Below the pieces are notes generated by a model. That model was not told the DNA's origin and searched no databases. It saw nothing but the letters and a program-made list of their open reading frames with translations. From NCBI GenBank assembly GCA_028277965.1, contig JANQFF010000383.1:2325-66324 (forward strand): a stretch of DNA of 64,000 nucleotides, written 5' to 3'. The translations under genes were made by a program, and so were the position numbers. Shown one piece after another: positions 30,645 through 38,433 of this stretch. This DNA comes from Pseudomonadales bacterium. GTDB taxonomy: Bacteria > Pseudomonadota > Gammaproteobacteria > Pseudomonadales > Azotimanducaceae. Position 1 is the stretch's first letter, and the number at the start of each line of letters is the position of its first letter.

Positions 30645-30783
30645 GCCACGCCCTGAGCTTTCGATGCGAGAGCAACCGCTTCATCAGCGTATGACTATGT
30701 TCTGGTTGCTCTAGGGCGTTGATTTTACATGAGATATCAGTTTGCACCTACACGCCTGAAACCAATGGCTGAACCTTGCAATC

Positions 30784-31596
30784 TCAGCTAAAAAAGATGC
30801 GTTCTGCTGTTTTCGAGGCGTAGTTTTCAGCAGCATCGCCAGTGAAGTGGTTGTTCGCTCCTTCAGGTCGCTTTTCATCAAATGAAAGTGCAGGAAAATC
30901 GGTTGCCCACATCAAGCGATCAGCTCCGTCATCGTTTCCAAAGTCGATAATCTCGCGGGGCAGTCGCTGCTCTGCGATGACTGATGACATCCAGTACAAC
31001 CTCGGCCACTTACGCATCAGGGCTACACATGAAGCGGCCCACGGTAGACCACCGTGACACATGACTACGTTAAGACTTGGGAAGTGCTCCATCACTGCAT
31101 CCAAGGCCATTGGATCCTGGAGCTGGTCAGAGATAGGAATATGGGGCATGCCCACTGTACAGCTAAGCACCAGACCTTCCTCTTCACAGGCTGCATAGAT
31201 AGGGAAGTACTTCGGGTGATCGTAGGGCAGACCGGAAAAGACACCTAGGACTTTGATGGATCTATAGCCCCGTTCCTTATAGCTTCGGATTTTGCGCATG
31301 TCTTCTAGCGCCGAAGAAGGTTGAACCGCCACACATCCGCCAAAGCGATCTGGGTGAGATTCTATTGCGGTATCAATGGCGCTTTGCAGGAGTTCCGAAC
31401 CGTAGGGATCTGTTAGCACCGCCTTTGTTACGCCACCCGAATCCATGAGATCAACTAAGGCATCCAAGCCGGTATACGCGGCTGAGTTCTTCAGCAGGTT
31501 AGGAGAACGCTTTGTACCGATCTCCAAGAGCTTTGGATCGAAGGGCGACGCAAATTCGGGGTGAAAAGCATTTATCCAGCAATCTATAAGTTTCAT
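30784..31596 (-). CDS. Amidohydrolase_2 family protein
   Basis: IDCW start, YFPIYAAC, CHGGLPW, WATDFP. Confidence 0.85.
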   Translation of the reverse strand: MKLIDCWINAFHPEFASPFDPKLLEIGTKRSPNLLKNSAAYTGLDALVDLMDSGGVTKAVLTDPYGSELLQSAIDTAIESHPDRFGGCVAVQPSSALEDMRKIRSYKERGYRSIKVLGVFSGLPYDHPKYFPIYAACEEEGLVLSCTVGMPHIPISDQLQDPMALDAVMEHFPSLNVVMCHGGLPWAASCVALMRKWPRLYWMSSVIAEQRLPREIIDFGNDDGADRLMWATDFPALSFDEKRPEGANNHFTGDAAENYASKTAERIFFS

Positions 31597-31668
31597 TGTC
31601 CTTCCAATCTCCCTTTTTTTGCCATGATCGATTGCCCGGTTGGCTTATCCGGTCCTAAAAACTGTTCG

Positions 31669-31776
31669 ATACTACCGTGAGCAGGTGAACTGAATACCCT
31701 CGATTCTGAGGGTCTTGTTGTAAGCGGAGCGGCTTTGGAGATCGATGCCAGCCACCTGCACCCTCGAAATAGAGGG
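31669..31776 (-). promoter_or_regulatory. Candidate promoter with two CCCTC-N6-GAGGG palindromes and -10 TAGTAT
   Basis: Palindromes at 31697-31712 and 31761-31776; TAGTAT on the minus strand at 31674-31669. Confidence 0.55.
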
Positions 31777-31848
31777 GACTCTGTTCTACTTCGAACGTCC
31801 CCTTCAGACCTCATAGCAGCCATGCAGTCTCTCTGGCACGATATTGGT

Positions 31849-32340
31849 ATGGACGCTTTTCACACCCTTGCTGAAGTTGCTGTCGCGATCGCGGGGTTCT
31901 CGTCTCTCGCAATAGTTTTTCGCGGGCAGCGCGTGGACTGGGACGGACAGGAGTACGTCAGCCTGGCGTTTGCCATGTGCTGGAGCATCGGGAGTGTATT
32001 TCTTGCCCTCCTTCCGGTCATCCTGAATAACTTTGGTTTCGACCTGATGACATCGTCCAGGGTTGGGCTTTTCCTTACGGCCGGTTACATGTTGCTGGTT
32101 GGTGGAATCCTCACAATGGTGCGGAGACGAATTCAGTCTCAAGGTGGTGGCAAGGCACGGCTCAGTCTGGGGCTCACCTCGCTCTATGGACTGATCATGG
32201 TGGGTGCCCTGGGGGCAGGATCGGGACTCATTCCGGGCCCGGCAGATGGCTGGTATGCGGTTGTGATTGCGCTCCTGATGGCGCATGCAACCGCAGAACT
32301 GGGGCAACTGGTGATCAAGGTGGTGCGCCAGGGCGGGTAG
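31849..32340 (+). CDS. Hypothetical integral membrane protein
   Basis: About five hydrophobic helices; start ATG 31849 (or 31822). Confidence 0.75.
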   Translation: MDAFHTLAEVAVAIAGFSSLAIVFRGQRVDWDGQEYVSLAFAMCWSIGSVFLALLPVILNNFGFDLMTSSRVGLFLTAGYMLLVGGILTMVRRRIQSQGGGKARLSLGLTSLYGLIMVGALGAGSGLIPGPADGWYAVVIALLMAHATAELGQLVIKVVRQGG

Positions 32341-32431
32341 TTCACTCATCAGCGAACACGGGTCGCTTGTGATAGCATCCCGCGCCTGATTTAAGGGAAG
32401 GCACTCTTTTGAAAAGCAGAGGGAAGGCACT

Positions 32432-33238
32432 ATGAGCGATGATCTCGTCACGATTGACGTGAATGACGGTGTGGCTGACGTTCGCCTCAACCGCGTTGAT
32501 AAATACAACGCACTGAGCGGCGAGATGTTCAAAGCCATTATCGAAGCCGGTGAGACGATTGCGGAGCGTGCGGACGTGCGGGCAGTTGTCCTGTCAGGCA
32601 ATGGCCGTGGCTTCTGCGCGGGTCTCGACATGGAGAGTTTTGCTGCCATGTCGGATGCACCTGGAGATACGACTGGCGGGTTGCTCAAAAAAGACGAGCG
32701 TCCGGAAAACCATGCCCAGCGGCCGGCATACGTGTGGAAGAAAATCCCGCAGCCGGTGATCGCAGCTTTGCACGGGGTGGCCTATGGCGGGGGTGCGCAG
32801 ATTGCCCTCGGTGCGGATATCCGCATCGCGGCCCCGGACATGAAAATGTCGGTCATGGAGATCAAATGGGGCCTCATCCCGGACATGAGCCTTACACAGA
32901 CACTGCGTGACGTCGTGCCCCTGGATGTCGCCAAGGAGCTGACCTGGACCGGCCGCATATTGAACGGTCCGGAAGCCAAAGAGATGGGGCTTGTCACCCA
33001 CGTATCTGAAACTCCGCTTGAGGACGCGCTGGAACTTGCCCGGGAGATTGCCGGGAAGTCACCTGACGCGATCCGCGCGGGGAAAAAGCTCCTCGAAGAT
33101 GCGTGGCACGCTGATGCGAGGACGGGCCTTGAACTCGAAGCGTCTCTGCAGACAGCTTTGATCGGCACACCGAACCAGGTAGAAGCGATCAAAGCCAACT
33201 TCGAGAAACGTCCACCGGATTTCAACGACCCGGAGTAA
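32432..33238 (+). CDS. Enoyl-CoA hydratase/isomerase (crotonase)
   Basis: FCAGLD, GGGAQIALGADIR, MEIKWGLIPD. Confidence 0.93.
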   Translation: MSDDLVTIDVNDGVADVRLNRVDKYNALSGEMFKAIIEAGETIAERADVRAVVLSGNGRGFCAGLDMESFAAMSDAPGDTTGGLLKKDERPENHAQRPAYVWKKIPQPVIAALHGVAYGGGAQIALGADIRIAAPDMKMSVMEIKWGLIPDMSLTQTLRDVVPLDVAKELTWTGRILNGPEAKEMGLVTHVSETPLEDALELAREIAGKSPDAIRAGKKLLEDAWHADARTGLELEASLQTALIGTPNQVEAIKANFEKRPPDFNDPE

Positions 33239-33242
33239 CGCC

Positions 33243-34796
33243 GTGAGCTGGGAAGCGGAAGTTAAAGAACTCGAGCGCCGTCGCTACCTCGCGAAGCAGC
33301 AGGGTGGTAAAGAGGGCATTGCCAAACAGCATGCGAAAGGCAGGCTGACAATACGTGAACGCATCGATGAACTGCTCGACCCTGGTAGTTTTCGTGAGCA
33401 CGGGCAGGCGACCGCAAGCCCGGTCTACGACGACAATGAAGAAATTGTCGAGTACGCGCCAGCAAACTACGTGGTGGGTTTCGGCAAGATCGAGGATCGC
33501 AGGGTCGTCGTCGGCGGTGAAGATTTCACGCTGAAGGGAGGATCTCCCAACGCTGCAGGGCTGCGTAAGAGCGTGTACGCGGAGCATCTGGCGGTCCAGT
33601 ATCGGGTACCGCTGGTAAGGATGCTGGAAGGCGGTGGCGGCAGCGTCAAAGGGTCCGGCAAGAAAGGCGGTACCGTCGGAGAACCGGTTTTCACAGAGCC
33701 TCGTTTCAAGATCATCGCTGATGCCATGTCCGAAGTGCCTATCGCTTCGGGTGCCATGGGCGCGGTTGCAGGTTTCCCGGCAGGACGTCTTGTCGCTTCT
33801 CATTTTGCGGTGATGACCAAACACACTGCGCAGGTACTGATAGGCGGTCCTGCCCTGGTTGAGCGGGCACTCGGCGTACGAATGTCAAAAGATGAACTCG
33901 GCGGCGCACAGGTTCATGCTGCGAGCGGCATCGTCGACAACCTTGCGGAAGACGAACATGACGTATTCCGCCAGGTCCGGCAGTACCTCAGCTATCTGCC
34001 CGGGAGTGTGTGGGAGCGAACACCGAGATACCCGAACGACGATCCGGTAGACCGGATGGAACAGGAATTGCTTTCGGCGGTCCCGAGAGACAGTAACGCG
34101 CCTTTCGATATGCGCGCGATCGTGAACATGATTGTCGATCACGAGAGTTTCTTCGAGATTGGGGCAACCTACGGTCCCAGCCAGATCTGTGGGTTTGCGC
34201 GCCTGGATGGCCAGCCGGTCGGGGTTCTCGCGAACGACTGCATGCACTATGCAGGCGCGATGACTGCCGAGGCGGCGCAGAAGTATCGTCGGTTTGTGGA
34301 AACCTGCGACACTTTCCACGTCCCTATCATCAACTTCGTCGATCAGCCGGGATTCATGATTGGTCCGGAATCGGAAAAGGCAGGCACCATTCGCTATGGC
34401 ATGGCTGCGGTGTCAGCAGCGGCCCAATCCTCAATACCCTGGGCAGTCATCCAGGTCCACAAAGGATTTGGCGTTGCCACGGCTGCTCACTACGCGCCAG
34501 GCAACTACGTCCTGGCATGGCCGTCTGTCGAGTCGGGTGCGTTACCGCTCGAAGGGGGTGTGGCGGTTGCCTTTCACCGGGAAATTGCAGGTGCTGACAA
34601 TCCGGATGCCAAGCGGAAGGAACTGGAAGAGGGTTTACGATCTGCGCGTTCCCCCTTCCCCCGTGCAGAATCATTTGGTGTCCACGAACTGATCGACCCG
34701 AGAGAGACCCGGCCGATCCTCTGTGAGTGGATAGACTGGATACAGCCACAACTCGATACACTGGTCGGTCCCGTTCGATTTGGGATGCGACCGTAA
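33243..34796 (+). CDS. Acyl-CoA carboxylase carboxyltransferase subunit
   Basis: GRLTIRERID, GEDFTLKGGS, IGGPALV, LGGAQVH, VDQPGFMIG. Confidence 0.92.
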   Translation: MSWEAEVKELERRRYLAKQQGGKEGIAKQHAKGRLTIRERIDELLDPGSFREHGQATASPVYDDNEEIVEYAPANYVVGFGKIEDRRVVVGGEDFTLKGGSPNAAGLRKSVYAEHLAVQYRVPLVRMLEGGGGSVKGSGKKGGTVGEPVFTEPRFKIIADAMSEVPIASGAMGAVAGFPAGRLVASHFAVMTKHTAQVLIGGPALVERALGVRMSKDELGGAQVHAASGIVDNLAEDEHDVFRQVRQYLSYLPGSVWERTPRYPNDDPVDRMEQELLSAVPRDSNAPFDMRAIVNMIVDHESFFEIGATYGPSQICGFARLDGQPVGVLANDCMHYAGAMTAEAAQKYRRFVETCDTFHVPIINFVDQPGFMIGPESEKAGTIRYGMAAVSAAAQSSIPWAVIQVHKGFGVATAAHYAPGNYVLAWPSVESGALPLEGGVAVAFHREIAGADNPDAKRKELEEGLRSARSPFPRAESFGVHELIDPRETRPILCEWIDWIQPQLDTLVGPVRFGMRP

Positions 34797-34820
34797 AGCG
34801 ATAAGCAGGAGAAAAACAAT

Positions 34821-35693
34821 ATGACTATCTCATTTGAAGGCCAGGTTGCCATTGTCACCGGGGCTGGCGGGGGCCTGGGCCGGTGCCATGCGCTGGAACT
34901 GGCGCGGCGTGGCGCCAGGGTTGTGGTGAATGACCTGGGTGGAGCGATGGACGGCACCGGTGGTTCTTCGGAAGCGGCCGAAGCGGTGGTTGCCGAAATC
35001 AAGGCTGCAGGTGGCGAAGCCATTGCCAACGGTGGGTCGGTTTCCGACCGGGTTGGTGCGAAAAGCATGGTGGATGACGCCATGAACGCCTGGGGTCGGG
35101 TAGATATCCTGATTAACAACGCCGGTATCCTGCGTGACAAGTCGTTCGCCAAGATGGAACTGGATGACTTCGAGATGGTGATGGATGTCCACCTCATGGG
35201 TGCTGTGAATTGCACCCACTTTGTATGGCCCATCATGCGTGAGCAGAACTATGGACGCATTCTCATGACAACCTCACCCACGGGTTTGTACGGCAACTTC
35301 GGACAAACGAACTATGGCGCGGCTAAGCTGGCCCAGGTTGGATTCATGCATTCTCTGAAGATCGAGGGCGCGAAGAACAACGTTCATACCAACACGATTG
35401 CTCCTGTTGCCGCGACGCGAATGACGGAAGACCTTATCCCTGAAGAAGCCCAGAAAAACCTGGGACCCGAACTCGTGACCCCGGCCGCCATGTTCCTGGT
35501 GAGTGAAGGTGCTCCCAACGGTGTGATCATGCAGGCCCAGGGTGGGACGTATTCGATCGCCTGCATCGTGGAAAACGCAGGTGTGGAACTCGGAGTCGAT
35601 GCGGACGCGGACGATGTCGCTGCAAACTACGAGCAGATTGCCGATCTCACAGGTGCAAAACCCCGGGGTATGTTGCAACTCAGCAGTATGTAG
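34821..35693 (+). CDS. SDR, MFE-2-like 3-hydroxyacyl-CoA dehydrogenase
   Basis: TGAGGGLG, VVVNDLG, NNAGILRD, GNFGQTNYGAAK. Confidence 0.92.
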   Translation: MTISFEGQVAIVTGAGGGLGRCHALELARRGARVVVNDLGGAMDGTGGSSEAAEAVVAEIKAAGGEAIANGGSVSDRVGAKSMVDDAMNAWGRVDILINNAGILRDKSFAKMELDDFEMVMDVHLMGAVNCTHFVWPIMREQNYGRILMTTSPTGLYGNFGQTNYGAAKLAQVGFMHSLKIEGAKNNVHTNTIAPVAATRMTEDLIPEEAQKNLGPELVTPAAMFLVSEGAPNGVIMQAQGGTYSIACIVENAGVELGVDADADDVAANYEQIADLTGAKPRGMLQLSSM

Positions 35694-35698
35694 GGATT

Positions 35699-35884
35699 GT
35701 GGCCGCCTTTATTCTGACAATGGCGACCTCGCTGTTCATCGGAGGTGGCCTCTGGCTTGCACTGGGTTCCAGGTTTTCGTTCAGCGATGACCCACAGCAG
35801 AACGAGGCGCTGAACTTTGCGGCCTTCTTTATCGGCTCTATGCCGGTGAGTTTTGTGCTGGTGTTCTTCGGACTGGGTGGCTAG
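35699..35884 (+). CDS. Small two-TM membrane protein
   Basis: 61 aa, two hydrophobic helices, 5 bp after the SDR stop. Confidence 0.6.
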   Translation: MAAFILTMATSLFIGGGLWLALGSRFSFSDDPQQNEALNFAAFFIGSMPVSFVLVFFGLGG

Positions 35885-35902
35885 TGCCACGCACTTGCCG
35901 GT

Positions 35903-36028
35903 CTAGTTGTAGCCCAGTACAAAGCTCTTTTCGATCTCTTCACCCTGATTGGCAGGCGGAGATTGGTTCTGGGGCTCCTCCTCGGCAGGCTGAGTCTGAA
36001 GCGGCAGTTGCTCGTTTGGCTCGTCCAT
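35903..36028 (-). CDS. Candidate small acidic peptide ending KSFVLGYN
   Basis: MDEPNEQLPLQTQPAEEEPQNQSPPANQGEEIEKSFVLGYN; purine-rich GGAAGAGAAG directly before ATG 36028. Confidence 0.45.
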   Translation of the reverse strand: MDEPNEQLPLQTQPAEEEPQNQSPPANQGEEIEKSFVLGYN

Positions 36029-36142
36029 CTTCTCTTCCGTGTAACGCATTGCCAGAATTATCAGATCTGAGCGGCACGTTCTGTGCGGCAGCTCACTGGG
36101 CGCGAATATTAGAGGGCGCAACAATAAAAATGCAACAAAAAT

Positions 36143-36769
36143 ATGAAGTTATCGATAGAAATTAATACTGTTCGAGGTTTTTTGGACCCGGAAGAGGGTG
36201 CCCGACTGTACAACCTGGCGTTGGAGGCAAGCGCGTTTGGACCGTGTCTCGAGGTCGGGAGCTACTGTGGCAAATCGACCATGTACCTCGGAACAGGCGT
36301 TCTTGATGGGGGCGGGCTTTTGTATGCGATCGATCATCACCGCGGGTCCGAGGAACACCAGCAGGGTGAGGAGTATCACGACCCCGAACTCTACGATGAA
36401 GAGCTGGGACGGATGGACTCCCTGCCGGAATTCCGGCGCAACATCGCGCGTGCCGGACTGGAGGACCATGTCGTTCCTGTGGTCACATCGAGCGCCAATG
36501 CAGGACTGTTCTGGAAGACACCACTTGCTCTGGTGTTCATCGATGGTGGCCACAGCGAAGCAGCCGCATTGACGGACTACCACACATGGTCGCCGCACGT
36601 GATGCCGGGTGGGTATCTCGCCATTCACGACTTGTTTCCGAATCCTGAAGACGGAGGGCAGGCGCCATACAATATCTACAAGCTCGCGATGGCCTCAGGC
36701 GACTACGAGGAATGCGAATGGACGAAAACGTTAGGTGTGTTGCGTAAACAGCGTGTGGGCGGACGATAG
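36143..36769 (+). CDS. meT1: Class I SAM methyltransferase, MeT1-like (MMP 1-O-methyltransferase homolog)
   Basis: RGFL, LEVGSYCGKS, IDHHRGSEEH, FIDGGH, IHDLF; context with manT and mmpH homologs. Confidence 0.72.
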   Translation: MKLSIEINTVRGFLDPEEGARLYNLALEASAFGPCLEVGSYCGKSTMYLGTGVLDGGGLLYAIDHHRGSEEHQQGEEYHDPELYDEELGRMDSLPEFRRNIARAGLEDHVVPVVTSSANAGLFWKTPLALVFIDGGHSEAAALTDYHTWSPHVMPGGYLAIHDLFPNPEDGGQAPYNIYKLAMASGDYEECEWTKTLGVLRKQRVGGR

Positions 36770-37738
36770 TTCGTAAAGCGCATCGGCAGCCAGCAATATG
36801 GCACCGGCTGTCCAGGTCGGGCGTTCGTCGGGCCAGTGTACGTCCTCATCGAACACATAACCGGTCCACCAGCTTCCATCTTCCACCTGGAATCGCTGCA
36901 GGCTTTCGAACAGGGTCTGCGCCCGCGGTCTGGCGTCTGCAGCAACACAAGCCATTGTGAGTTCGCATGTTTCTGCGACGGTGACCCACGGTCGTTCGAC
37001 AACGCAACGGCAACCATAGCCTTCTTCGACAAACTCGTGCCAGCGCTCGGTGAGCCGCGCCCGCGCTGCATCGCCGCGAACGACGCCGGTCATGACCGGG
37101 TAAAACCAGTCCATGGAATAGCGGGCTTTGCTTTCCCAGGTACGGTCGAAGCGGTCGGGGCGATTGATGAGCGCATCGCCAAGCCTGGTCCGTGATGTAA
37201 GAAATGGGGCAGGGTCGTCTCCGACGGCCGAGGCTATACGTGCGCCACATTCGAGAGATTTGAAGATTGAGCTGCAGCCGGTAACGAGCGCGTCGCGGCT
37301 GATGCCCTTGACGGCATCAACCGCCCAGAAAACTTCACCGGTGCCGGTTTGCAGTTCCATGACCCATTGCAGGGCCTTGCGCACCATTGGCCAGAAGACG
37401 TCCAGCGCGTTGTGATCGCCGCTGGCCAGATAGTGGTGCCACAAGCCAGTAGCTGGATAAGCGACGAAGTTGGTTTCAGCGCGGGTTGCGTCAGCGGGAC
37501 CTTCCGCCGTGTAACCTGCCCACCAGGCGCCGTCTTCCCGTTGGGCGTCTGCCAACCATTCGAATCCGTGGTGCACCTGGTCCTGGTAGCCGGCCACTGA
37601 GAGACCCATCAGGGCTTCAACATGGTCCCATGGATCGATGATACCGTCCTTGAACCACGGTACAGCCCCCTGCTCAGTTTGCAGGCTCGCGATGTAGGCC
37701 GCGGTGTTGCTCAGGCTGCTGTTCAGATTACTGTTCAT
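36731..37738 (-). CDS. mmpH: MmpH-like (alpha/alpha)6 glycoside hydrolase (often auto-annotated as prenyltransferase)
   Basis: GAVPWF...DPWDHVE, ETNFVAY, YSMDWFYPV, PWVTVAETCEL, PTWTAGA and Q-x-x-x-G-x-W type repeats. Confidence 0.72.
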   Translation of the reverse strand: MNSNLNSSLSNTAAYIASLQTEQGAVPWFKDGIIDPWDHVEALMGLSVAGYQDQVHHGFEWLADAQREDGAWWAGYTAEGPADATRAETNFVAYPATGLWHHYLASGDHNALDVFWPMVRKALQWVMELQTGTGEVFWAVDAVKGISRDALVTGCSSIFKSLECGARIASAVGDDPAPFLTSRTRLGDALINRPDRFDRTWESKARYSMDWFYPVMTGVVRGDAARARLTERWHEFVEEGYGCRCVVERPWVTVAETCELTMACVAADARPRAQTLFESLQRFQVEDGSWWTGYVFDEDVHWPDERPTWTAGAILLAADALYELSSAHTLFTQHT

Positions 37739-38433
37739 CTATTAACAAAGTACATCACGATACTTTTTCCAAGTATTGGGTTGAGAAGACGGTCCAGTGT
37801 GCGTGTCAACCACGGAGCCTCGAGAAGATCCCATACCAGCATCCGGTGATAGGTCCGGACAAGGGGATTATCGTCGGCGGTGTTCCAGAAGAGACATTTG
37901 AGCCACCAGTAGGGTACGTGCAATGCGTGCGACCAGTGTCTGGATACCCGCTGCATCTCATGAGCCTCGACAGCGTTGCGTAAACGCCGCGACCGGAAAA
38001 TGCGAACGTGACCACCCTCAACCTCGTGGTACTCGCGGCTCAGACGCCAGCACACCCATTCGGGGAAAAACCGGGGAACACTGACAGCGAAAAGCCCGTC
38101 CGGCTTGAGCACCCGTTTGATTTCTTCGAGAACGGCTTCATAGTCCGGGATGTGCTCGAGGACTTCTGCACAGATGACCTTGTCGAATGTCGAGTCTGCA
38201 AACGGCAGGTGCTTGCCGTTCCCGCAGATGAATGTGCACTCTGGGCTGGAGAAATCGCTCAGGCGCGAGTGAGCGACCTTGAGGTCATCTCTGGCCAGGT
38301 CAACACCGACTACCTGGCTTTTGGCGAGCAGACTTGCGGTGATCGCATGCCGGCCTTCGCCACACCCGAGATCGAGTATCCGGTCTCCATCAGCTATGTC
38401 GAGCAGTTCCCATCGGACTGTATCGAGACTCAT
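37735..38433 (-). CDS. Class I SAM methyltransferase (putative MMP 3-O-methyltransferase homolog)
   Basis: LDLGCGEGRH, AEVLEHIPD, VSVPRFFPE, GGHVRIF, HALHVPYWWLKC; 4-bp overlaps with both neighbours. Confidence 0.85.
   Translation of the reverse strand: MSLDTVRWELLDIADGDRILDLGCGEGRHAITASLLAKSQVVGVDLARDDLKVAHSRLSDFSSPECTFICGNGKHLPFADSTFDKVICAEVLEHIPDYEAVLEEIKRVLKPDGLFAVSVPRFFPEWVCWRLSREYHEVEGGHVRIFRSRRLRNAVEAHEMQRVSRHWSHALHVPYWWLKCLFWNTADDNPLVRTYHRMLVWDLLEAPWLTRTLDRLLNPILGKSIVMYFVNR

Noticed and set aside
30658-30687. Hammerhead or fluoride-riboswitch-like GCUGAUGA...CGAAA on the minus strand
   Set aside because: Lacks the U-H cleavage site and stem I of a hammerhead and the 5' GGnGAUGG element of the fluoride riboswitch; kept only as an unclassified structured leader.
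25950-31800. Island as prophage, IS or integrative element
   Set aside because: No integrase, transposase, phage gene or tRNA target is visible; the flanking repeats are equally explained as operators.
35884-36165. 93-aa plus-strand ORF
   Set aside because: No RBS or recognisable composition, overlaps meT1; the antisense peptide has better signals.
36731-37738. Squalene-hopene cyclase or prenyltransferase (terpene cluster)
   Set aside because: Only 335 aa, no DxDD motif, and the gene context fits an MmpH-like glycoside hydrolase better.
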